From Podarcis gaigeae (lineage: Eukaryota): DNA of 64,000 nt. The first letter of the stretch is position 1. Every line of letters starts with the position of its first letter. The notes beneath the pieces were generated by a model, which saw only the letters and a list, made by a program, of their open reading frames with translations, was not told the DNA's origin and made no database searches. The DNA lies in the NCBI GenBank assembly GCA_964106915.2, contig OZ066914.1; one strand, 5' to 3'. Made by a program: the position numbers and the translations under genes. Below, piece after piece: positions 1 to 9,780 of the stretch.

Positions 1-1102
1 AGTAAATGTGTTTGAGATTAAATGCTAATCTACAGTAGTCACATCTTTGCAAAGAAAGCATCTATATATTAAAACTCCAGGACTGAACCACAGAAGGAAA
101 GAGATTATGTACCGGTACTTGCTTCAGTTAGAAGAAAGGGGACATGGTTAACCCTTTTATAGTTACTGCATTTGTGGAAAGCAGTGGAGAATTTCCTCTG
201 CTACAGGGTTCTATCCACATCAACATGGGAATGTTATTTGCCAGCTGCATAAAGTATATTACTAATTCCTCTGTTACAACAGCATCATTCCTGGTATGGA
301 AAAAAAGACATTCCCACATTAAACTCATTCAGTGTCCTTGTCTGGAAAGCTACTCCCTTCATAACCTTTTAAAATAAGAAATTCATCCATTTTGCCTTAC
401 AAAAACACAGCTGTTCAACCAGGTAGGAACTTCTAGGCAGACACCCGCTATGGTATCAAGCTTAAAGTGAAACACAAGCGCCTGGTGGGCTCACCGTTAC
501 CTCCCAAGGGCAAAGCCAGATTTCTCCAAACACACCAATGCGCTTAGGAAATTGCACACGCCACTAAAAACCACACATAGCTCTTGCCACAAAGCTTGCA
601 GAAAAGCCGCTTAAGACTATGAACACCGCCCCACCTTCTAACTTGACCTCCTTTCTCACTTCTGCATCTCCTAGCAGCTTTCCTCAGTATGTTTCATGGC
701 ATTGTTGGGCCATGTGGACTGCCCCCCTAAGCGACCCACTATAAAAAACCCTCAATGTTAAGCAATAAGCCTCCCTCCCCAAGAAACATATGTGCAACAC
801 TTTCCACAAACTGAGTCAAAAGCTGAAAGAGCACGTAAACAAGCTTTCTTGCACTAGCCAAAGGCCACAGGCGAAAACACTGTTGAAGAAACAAATATCT
901 ATAAATCTGTTTATAAAAACAGAACCTCTGCCTGAACCAGTGTTAGAAACTGAGATATGAAAGCTAGGAGCTAAATGGCACCTTAAACCTGGATTATGGG
1001 CACAACAACGGAATATCTAGGCTTTTTTATAACAAGAATACAAAGCTGAACATGAATGAACTGCAGCTAAAATATGATGTTCGTTTTTCACATTGTTTAG
1101 TC

Positions 1103-1409
1103 CAGGGGTCAGCAAGCTTTTTCAGGAGGCCGGTCCACTGTCCCTCAGACCATGTGGGGGGCCGGACTATATTGAGGGGAGAATGAATTCCTATGCCCCA
1201 CAAATAACTCAGAGATGCATTTTGAATAAAAGGACACATTCTACTCAGGTAAAAACACCAGGCAGGCCCCACAAATAACCCAGAGATGCATTTTAAGTAA
1301 AAGGACACATTCTACTCATGTAACAACATGCTGATTCCCAGACCCCCGCGGGCTGGACTGAGGTGATTGGGCCACATCTGGCCCCCAGACCTTAGGTTGC
1401 CTACCCCTG
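1103..1409. mobile_element. hAT MITE (second copy 29134-29382)
   Basis: CAGGGG...CCCCTG TIRs; 8-bp TSDs gtttagtc/atctagtc and cccctgcc/ccccagcc. Confidence 0.8.
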
Positions 1410-2188
1410 ATCTAGTCCTTCCCTTGCCCTACCCCCCATAATATTCTTAAGAGGGTCTCTTCTCCCGTCTTCAGAGAGTAGCTGGGGGCACAAAAAGGTC
1501 CCCCTTTCCTTCCACTCTGCAGTTTTAATCTGAGGCGCAGTACTGCGCCCAGAGCTCAGAAACTGAAATCCCGTCGCAAAACGCGCCTAGAACAAGTGGA
1601 GCTCTGAACACGGACTCAAAACCACCAAAATCATGACGTGAAATAGAGGAAATCGTGGCCCTCTGCACGCCTCTTGCGAGTATTATTATTTGCGAGGGGC
1701 CCATTTCCTTTTCGCACTTGCCCTCCGTGGCGAGTATTGCGAAACGCGGTGTTGCGCGCACGGTTTTGTACTGTAAAACTAATAAAAACAAATAAAAATG
1801 GTGTTCATTTCGTGAATTATTTTTTTTGGGGGGGTGGGTGTAGCGGCTCACGCTGGTTTCTGGTCCAGAGCATTTCTCTCTCACAAACACCACCAACCCA
1901 CACACATCTTTGGCTAGGCTTCCTGTGGGTCTCCTGAGCTGAGGCCTGGAGGCCTCAGGAAAGGCGGGAGGCAGAGGCCAGAGCGGGAAGGAGGAAGGAA
2001 GAGACCGCGCCAGCGACGCCATTACGCGCAGGCCTAGCCCCGGCCGAGGCGCGCGAACCGTTGGGCCGCCCGAAGAAGGCCCTCCGGCTCCCCCGAAGCG
2101 CGTGAGGCGGAGGGGGGAGCGGAAGAGGGTTTCAGGCCCGGAGTCGAGCCGGAGAAGAAGGCCCGGCCCAACCCTCCCCGTCCCTTAC

Positions 2189-2216
2189 CTTCGTGAGTCT
2201 TGGCGATCTTCGCCAT
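2189..2216 (-). CDS. SF3B1: Splicing factor 3B subunit 1, coding part of exon 1 (MAKIAKTHE+G); rest of the gene lies left of the window
   Basis: ATG at 2216 gives MAKIAKTHE, the invariant SF3B1 N-terminus, followed by a GTAAG donor (cttac 2184-2188). CpG island; synteny with COQ10B/HSPD1. Confidence 0.96.
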
Positions 2217-2299
2217 TTTGTGTGGAGCTCGGGACAAACACAGCGAGCGAGATGGAAGGGGCCCGTCGAGCTCCGCCCACTCGTCGACGTCGACTTCCG

Positions 2300-2375
2300 C
2301 TATCTGGGACCGATAGGGTGTGGGGAGGGAGGAAGGCGCAAGAGTCTTGCGCAAGCGCCGGAGCAGCGCGGCTAG
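2300..2375 (+). other. Putative non-coding first exon of the hAT-derived gene (5' end approximate)
   Basis: Strong donor AG|GTAAGC at 2376, on the strand opposite SF3B1 and inside the CpG island. Pairing with the acceptor at 9066 is inferred. Confidence 0.5.
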
Positions 2376-3582
2376 GTAAGCGGGTGGGGGCCGGGGTATA
2401 CGCTGGCCGAGGAAACCATAGAGACGAGAACGAGAAGGCCCTGGAAGGGTCTCGGGCCTTGCTTCCGCCCAAGCGGCCTCGAGTTTCGGCCTAGAGACGC
2501 GCGGGGTTTCTTGTGTACTGAAAAAGGCGCAGCTTCCGTTGTACCCTCAGACCCCTTGCGCGCTTGTGTTTAACATGTTTTATTACGTTTCCACAAATTT
2601 CACATAGCATTCCAATACATAATAAAACTTTTGCTTGTTTAATCGACTTCGTATCCCGTTCTTGTTGTTGTTTTCAAATTCCATCTCATTGCTGCACCTT
2701 ATCCTTCACTCTTTTATATGGTAACCATAATACAAATAGCCTCTAGTTATTTCTGTTGCTTGTAAGCTCCAGTTTCTGCTCGCAAATTAATCAAGTTACT
2801 ATATATATATATAGTAAGTGCGAAAAGGGCTTCTAACCATGAAACATCATCAGGTTACCTTATTTTAGCAGTTTTTAAAGAGTAATTTTGCTGAATCCTT
2901 GCTTGCCCATTCTTCTTTGGTGGGAACTTTCTTCAACTTTTTCCATCAGCTGAGCAGTGCGTGTGTTGGTTGCTCTCCTGTCTTGGTTTCAGTATGACTG
3001 ATTAGCTGATTTTGGGGGGCAAGTTGCTTTTAAATACTGAATTCAAAACTGCTGTAACCTGCCCTGCCCTAAGAGCTGTGGGTGAAGGGCACTAAATAAA
3101 TAAAATAAAATTTGCATAATGCCCTTCATCTGAACTTTACTATTATATAATAATAAGTAATAATATCAGAACCTTAAACATGGGCAGTTAGAGAAGTAAG
3201 TTCACTTGAAACATCTGTCTATTTTGCTTTTCTACTCCATGCAGCGAGGGTCTCTTCTACTCCAGCACATCCCCGTCTGGGGCGGGAGTTTATGTTTTTG
3301 TTTGTTACTGTAGTACATTTTTTGTGTTTTTATATTGGAAATATTTTATATTTTATATTGTAAACTGCCCTGTGAACCTCAAATGAAGGGTGGAATTGTA
3401 ATAATACAATACAATATATATCTGCTTTTCTTCTGGGGGGACACATACCCCTAAACATTTTGTGAATCTTTGTACTTTTGTCCATTTACTGTGTGTATTT
3501 TTCCTGATTTGAACTATATAATGGTGATTTTATTGAGTCAAAAATGAGAGTACCCCTAAACATTTTTTCAAGAAAAAAGCAC

Positions 3583-3646
3583 TATAATAATAATATAATA
3601 TAATATAATATAATATAATATAATATAATATAATATAATATAATAA
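3583..3646. repeat. (TAATA)n microsatellite; others (CA)n 12874-12913, (TA)n 13895-13938, (TAT)n 44070-44104, (ATCT)n 60479-60508, (TA)n 62007-62030
   Basis: Direct reading. Confidence 0.95.
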
Positions 3647-3649
3647 TAT

Positions 3650-3830
3650 GGTTAGGGTGTCAGACTAGGACCTGAGAGACCAGAGTTCAAAACCCCACAC
3701 AGCTGTATAGGTCATTGGATGACATTGGCATTGCCTCTCAGCCTAGCCTACCTTACAGGGTTGTTGTAAGATTAAGTGAGAAGGAGAACCATGAATGCCA
3801 CTTTGAGCTCTGGAGGAGGGAGGTGAGATA
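3650..3830 (+). mobile_element. tRNA-derived (MIR-like) SINE; similar at about 59270-59460 and 36720-36900; other tRNA-head SINEs at about 4775-4860, 47015-47300, 49580-49680
   Basis: A/B box-like heads (tggttag...gagttcaaa) and shared core cctaccttacagggttgttg. Confidence 0.6.
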
Positions 3831-4892
3831 TCAAGGCAATAACTCATCATCATCACCCAAGCTCCGTGATCCTGAGTGTCTCCTGCTCCCTGGCTGCCCT
3901 ATGTGCTCGCAATTGCCACTCAGAACACCTGTGTGATGCCACCTCTCTTACTTCAAATTTCCCAATGGCCCTTCCATTAGGCAGACCTCCCCCCAGGCAA
4001 CAGGTGCTGTGGGTGGGGTATGGGCTGGTGTTGGAAGTGAGAGCTGTGCTTGCCATGGGGCTGGTACTACATCCCAAGTTAACCTCCTACCCTGAGATGC
4101 AGTGTAGAACTCTTTCCCATCTCCGGTGCTGAAGTAACATTCAACTCCTGTACATGGAATGGAGCGGAGGGGTGGTTTTTGTTTTTTTAAAAACTGCATC
4201 TCTAGTTCCTTTGCCCTACTCAGCCTGCAACTAAGCCTAAGCATGTGTAACTGAAATAAACACATATTGCTTCCCTGTTTATCTGTGCTTCCATTTCCTC
4301 CCCTTTGTTGTTTCCCATTCTTAGACTGTAAGGTCCTCAGGGCAGGGACTTGTCCCCTTGAACTTTGTAAAGCACCAGACAAACTGATGATTATATAGAA
4401 TCTCGGGTTAAGTACTTAATTCGTTCCCGAGGTCTGTTCTTAACCTGAAACTGTTCCTAACCTGATGCACCACTTTAGCTAATGGGGTCTCCCGCTGCCA
4501 CAGTGGCACGATTTCTGTTCTCATCCTGAAGTAAAGTTCTTAACCGGAGGTAATATTTCTGGGTTAGCAGAGTCTGTAACCTGAAGCGTATGTAATCCGA
4601 GGTACCACTGTATATTTTGATGGATGGATGTTGTTGAAAAAAGATTGTGTAAGGAAAACAAGAAAAAATTATATGCAAAAGAAGAAGAAGAATGTTTTCT
4701 TTGCTGTGCTGATGGGTTCCTGAGGATGAGCAGAGTGCTGAGGCGTTCCGGCTGCGCGGTGCCAGAGTGTTTGCTGTGCAATGCAGGAATATGCAGATGT
4801 TCCCAATGGGGATCAAACCAGCAACCTTGATGTTGCCATCGCCCTGCTCTAACCAGCTCGTTTCTTCTTCCCTGCACCCACCCACATGGGCT

Positions 4893-5556
4893 TTGTTGTT
4901 TGTTGTTGTTTAGTTGTTTAGTCGTGTCCGACTCTTCGTGACCCCATGGACCAGAGCACACCAGGCACTCCTGTCTTCCACTGCCTCCCGCAGTTTAGTC
5001 AAACTCATGCTGGTAGCTTCGAGAACACTATCCAACCATCTCGTCCTCTGTTGTCCCCTTCTCCTTGTGCCCTCCATCTTTCCCAACATCAGGGTCTTTT
5101 CCAGGGAGTCTTCTCTTCTCATGAGGTGGCCAAAGTATTGGAGCCTCAGCTTCACGATCTGTCCTTCCAGTGAGCACTCAGGGCTGATTTCCTTCAGAAT
5201 GGATAGGTTTGATCTTCTTACAGTCCATGGGACTCTCAAGAGTCTCCTCCAGCACCATAATTCAAAACCATCAATTCTTCGGGAATCAGCCTTCTTTATG
5301 ATCCAGCTGTCACTTCCATACATCACTACTGGGAAGACCATAGCTTTAACTATACGGACCTTTGTCGGCAAGGTGATGTCTCTGCTTTTTAAGTTGCTGT
5401 CTAGGTTTGTCATTGCTTTTCTCCCAAGAAGCAGGCGTCTTTTAATTTCGTGGCTGCTGTCACCATCTGCAGTGATCATGGAGCCCAAGAAAGTAAAATC
5501 TCTCACTACCTCCATTTCTTCCCCTTCTATTTGCCAGGAGGTGATGGGATCAGTGG
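4893..5556 (-). mobile_element. Bov-B (RTE) LINE, 5'-truncated 3' fragment
   Basis: ORF 4910-5515 (FTFLGSMIT..EIKRRLLLGR..FELWCWRRLLRVPW..HGVTKSRTRL) plus (CAA)n tail. Confidence 0.93.
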
Positions 5557-7101
5557 ACTGCCACTCGGCTTTAAAAGCAGGTCAGTCTCCACCGGATTCA
5601 CAGCTGCAGCCGCGAGGAGAAACCTGCCAGTCGCTTCCACAACTGCCTGCCATGCGCTCTCCAAAAAGCGCGCATGGCGCTTCCCGTTGCGCCTCCCTCT
5701 CCTTTGCGCGCAGCAGCAGCTGCAAATCGGTTGGCGGAGGGATGAGCTTGGGCTGGGCTAGGAGGCAGAGCGGCTCCATTGGCTGGGCCTTAGCCAAAGC
5801 GGGATTGTTGCTAGCAGAGGAAATGGACGAGTGGAGGCAGAAAGCTGCTGTCTCCGGGATGGTGAGGGTTCCTCTCCACGCTAGTGGAGGCTGAGCGCCT
5901 GTGCTTGCAGCCGACTGGGAAGGAATCGCATTGCAAAAGGGCTTCTGATCTCTCCTGCAAGGATGTAAGGATCTCATCCTGCAAGGATGTAAGGGAGTCG
6001 GGGGTCTTAAAAGTAGGGAGCATAGAGGCTCCGTGGGTAGGGGTGGGGGACAGAGAACGAAAGGGGCTTTGCAGAAACAGCAACCGATTCCGAGGATTTG
6101 GCACGAGTTGCCAACGGGCAGCTGCAGAATGGGTTCGTAATGTATGCATGCGCGTAACCTGGTATAGAAGCCTGATAACTTTTGCCTCGTGGCATCATCA
6201 TCCCCTGAGAGTGGAAAGGTGACTGTCGCCTAGGTGCTTACAAAGAGATGTATTTGGATCACCAATTTGGAAGCTCGCTTGGTTTCTGTGCTTGCCTTCC
6301 TTCGTGGCCAGGACGGATATCAAGCGCGCTGGTAGAGTGGGGTGATTTCTAGATTTATTTATTTTTATATCAAGGCTTTGGAGTGAAAAAGGCTCCATTC
6401 TCTCTCTTTCTCCCCGTCCGGATTGTTTCCCTAGTGCCATGAAAAGGTAGCCAAGGGAGAGATTCACTTGATCAGGGAAATGCCAGGTGCTTATGGGTTG
6501 TTTCTTTAAAAAAACAAATACTACCAAAGAAGCAATACAGTACTAGAAAAGACTGCCTCTAAGCTACTACCACAAGCCTGACCAGAGCTCGAGTTTTTCA
6601 GGTAAAAGCAATTGTCACTGAACACAGCAATCAACCTCTTTTTCTTTTTTTGTAACAGCAACGCTTAAGGGGATCCTGAGGTTTGGAAAAGCTTTTTTAA
6701 AAGCTAATTTAAAGCAAAAAAAAAAAAATGTCATTAAAGTAGCTGAATGAACACATGTTTGTAGACTGGCAGCCATAAAAGAAAAACAGACTGGGGGGGG
6801 GGGGATAAGGATGATATGTTTCTGGATAATACATTTTGTTTTAATTTTGAATAATTTTTTTAGGGGGGAAAAAACCAGACTGGTGCAGGTCAGGAGGAGT
6901 GGAACCGCTGGCACGGAGGGAATCATTGCTTGAAACTCTGGTAGGGAGGTTCCACTGCAACATTTTGTTGCAGGTCCCATTCAATCATATTTGTATTTAT
7001 TCATGTATCTTTTGAAGCACCAGCATGAACGCACATTGGGAATGAGGCTCTATGTTCCTCTGTCTGGCTGTGGAGTAGGTCTCTACATGAATAATGCTAT
7101 G

Positions 7102-7335
7102 CAGTGGTACCTCGGGTTACATACACTTCAGGTTACATACGCTTCAGGTTACAGACTCCGCTAACCCAGAAATCGTGCTTCGGGTTAAGAACTTTGCTTC
7201 AGGATGAGAACAGAAATTGTGCTTTGGCGGCAGCGGGAGGCCCCGTTAGCTAAAGTGGTGCTTCAGGTTAAGAACAGTTTCAGGTTAAGAACGGACCTCT
7301 GGAACAAATTAAGTAACTAACCCGAGGTACCACTG
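7102..7335. mobile_element. Tc1/mariner (pogo/Tigger-like) MITE with CAGTGGTACC TIRs; further copies 4402-4610, 15807-16058, 38660-38872, 59472-59713
   Basis: TIRs cagtggtacctc...gaggtaccactg, TA target sites, shared internal sequence. Confidence 0.85.
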
Positions 7336-8532
7336 TACCTTGTTTCGTTTCTAAAACTGTAGCATCTACTGCTAGTTGCTCTATTCATAGCAGGTTAATG
7401 CTATGAATCTCACTCTTTTACTTCAGGGAAGGGCTTGTGGGTCTATGATATAACATCTAGCTTGGATACAGAGGGTCTCTGGTTCAATCTCTGGCTTATA
7501 GGAGCCAAGCTCCTAGGGGCTGAGGTCTCTTCCCCCCCCCATAAAATAATTTAGGGGGCCACGCCTCCCCAAGCTGATAAACATTGCCATTCAAATGGGG
7601 GGCACCGTGTCGTGATCAATTATGTGAGATGGGGCTTACCTGCGCCCCTTCCCCAATATTTTATTCAAGTTGGCACCCCTGCTCTGGCTGCATCGATGTT
7701 TTTGTCGGAAGTAATTTATATTCCCCTTAATTGGGAGGAATAAGACCAATGATTTGACGAAGGCCATTCGGTGGTCCATGGCTAAGTGGGATTTGAATAC
7801 AGTACTCTTCTGGTCTCGCCCAGCTGCCTGCTGCTAGAACAAACTTTGATCAGCTGGTTCGCAGCAACACATTGTTTCCTTCCTATGTTTAATCAATGGT
7901 GATTAGCTTTCACAAACTTTGCAGTTGAGATACTACATGGATAAATATTGTTACGGATTTGTGGGGGGGAGGAAGACCCCCCCTAAACCCAATAAATTAA
8001 TGTATGTCAGGATCTAGCTAATATTTGGAGATTATTGAAGGGAAGAATTCAGACCAGTGGGAAAATACAGGCTAAGCTTCCTTTCCAAGCCAGGGCCTCA
8101 CCTGGGATAGAGGCACATGACCAAAGGTGTTGATGGCCCATCTAAGAGGAATCTTGGGCCTGAGCAGACAGAGGTTGCCAAGGTGATGGGGTGGTGAGAG
8201 AGGTGACAGGAAAAGAGTGTTTTTAGCAAGGTGTGCTTGAAAGGAGAAGGCGAGGGAGACTGAGCCCTATCTTGGGCAGGCTGGCTGAAGGCTGGCTGGG
8301 AATCCAGTGCTGCACTGCTGTGGACAACAAGTCCTGCTGGAGATGACCGTAGTGTAAGATCTAGACTCCCTCCATTCAAACTCAGGTGTAAATATGTGAC
8401 TAAATCATATTTCTTAAAGCTGCAACTGTCTCCACCTCATCTTCAATTCTCCAAATGAGCACAAACCCTGGGTGAGCGCCTGGAATACCCCTGGGATCTT
8501 GGTACCACTTGGCAGAGAGTGGGAATGGCACC

Positions 8533-8885
8533 TAATAATAATAATAATTAATAATAATAATTTATTATTTATACCCCACCCATCTGGCTGGGTTTCCCCA
8601 GCCACTCCGGGTGGCTTCCAACAAAACACTAAAATACAATAACCTATTAAACATTAAAAGCTTCCCTAAACAGGGTTGCCTTCAGATGTCTTCTAAAAGT
8701 TTGGTAGTTATTTTTGTCTTTGACATCTGGTGGGGGGGGCGTTCCACAGGGCGGGTGCCACTACCGAGAAGGCCCTCTGCCTGGTTCCCTGTAACTTGGC
8801 TTCTCGCAGCGAGGGAACCGCCAGAAGGCCCTCGGCGCTGGAGCTCAGTGTCCGGCAGAACGATGGAGGTGGAGACGCTCCTTCA
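8533..8885 (-). mobile_element. L2-type LINE 3' fragment with (TAA)n tail
   Basis: LAVPSLREAKLQGTRQRAFSVVAPALWNA RT C-terminus. Confidence 0.8.
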
Positions 8886-9117
8886 GAATTCAGAACTTGG
8901 CAGTCATTACTTGACTGCTTTAGGAAAACAAATCTACCACCTTTGCTAGTGGGAAGGTTATAGCACAAGCCAATCTTTACTGTGTGGTTCTTTTTTCATA
9001 AGGGCAATTTTAAAAAAAATTGCTTTAAAACTTCATTTAAAAAAATGTTTTCTGGTTTGTCTTCAGAGAGAAAACAGTGCTTTGTTTACAAAGAGTGCCG
9101 GTGAGCACGTGACCGTC

Positions 9118-9780
9118 ATGGCTCGCAAGCAGATTGGAAAGTGGGAAAAGTACGGTAAAAGGTATTGCAGAGACTGGGAAAGAGAAGCTGGATTAAAAGA
9201 CTGGGTTCGGAGGGTACCAGGAGATGAGTCAAAAGCAGCATGCAGATACTGCATGTGTGAAATCAGAGCTCACCACAGCGATCTTGTGTCGCACAGTAAA
9301 ACTAAGAAGCATAAGAAGCACGTTGCGTTGCTCTCACAGCCTTCAGTGAATGTGGATAAACACTCCTTTGAGTTTGAAAAGCGGCATTCATTGCAACTTG
9401 AAAAAGAAATGTCATTTGGAGCCAAACCAGACACATTCGATGAATTCAATCATATGGAAATGAATGATTCCATAAATGTGTGTGCTCTGAAATTAGCCAC
9501 ACACATAGCTTGCCATATGAGCATTTTTACTGTTGATCACCTGGGATGTATTATTGGTGGAATGGCTGAGAAAGACATAAGCCTTCATAGGACAAAGTGC
9601 TCTACAATTATAAGAGATATCATAGGTCCTACAGTCCACAAAGAGCTGCTTCGGGATATTGGCAATGGACACTACTCCTTGATCATTGACGAAAGTTCTG
9701 ACGCATCTTCGCAGAAGCAACTTTGCTTGATGGTGCGATACTTCAGCAACAAGCTGAAATGCATTGTATCCTCCATGTAG
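9118..9780 (+). CDS. hAT transposase-derived protein, N-terminal part (BED/TTF-type Zn finger, DUF4371-like region, first catalytic D); ends at a frameshift
   Basis: Acceptor tttctggtttgtcttcAG at 9066, Kozak ccgtcATGG at 9118. W..W..CRYC..H-x5-H zinc finger, SLHRTKC and YSLIIDESSD motifs typical of hAT transposases. Confidence 0.85.
   Translation: MARKQIGKWEKYGKRYCRDWEREAGLKDWVRRVPGDESKAACRYCMCEIRAHHSDLVSHSKTKKHKKHVALLSQPSVNVDKHSFEFEKRHSLQLEKEMSFGAKPDTFDEFNHMEMNDSINVCALKLATHIACHMSIFTVDHLGCIIGGMAEKDISLHRTKCSTIIRDIIGPTVHKELLRDIGNGHYSLIIDESSDASSQKQLCLMVRYFSNKLKCIVSSM

Larger units (their letters stand above)
1520..2560. promoter_or_regulatory. CpG-island bidirectional promoter of SF3B1 and the putative hAT-derived gene
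   Basis: CpG-rich. YY1-like AAAATGGCG overlaps the SF3B1 ATG, ETS motif ACTTCCG at 2293-2299, palindrome GTCGACGTCGAC at 2283-2294, + strand donor CTAG|GTAAG at 2375/2376. Confidence 0.8.

Noticed and set aside
4914-5894. 326-aa + strand ORF (and 17640-18218)
   Set aside because: Antisense reading of Bov-B running into GC-rich flank; not a gene.
8001-8530. Possible LTR-like segment upstream of the transposase
   Set aside because: TG...CA-like ends but no TSD or clear polyA signal; not a hAT TIR; cannot be classified.
9766-9780. GT...AG micro-intron that might repair the transposase frameshift
   Set aside because: Only 15 nt, too short to splice, and removal gives an immediate TAA. No good phase-compatible donor nearby that spares the catalytic D.
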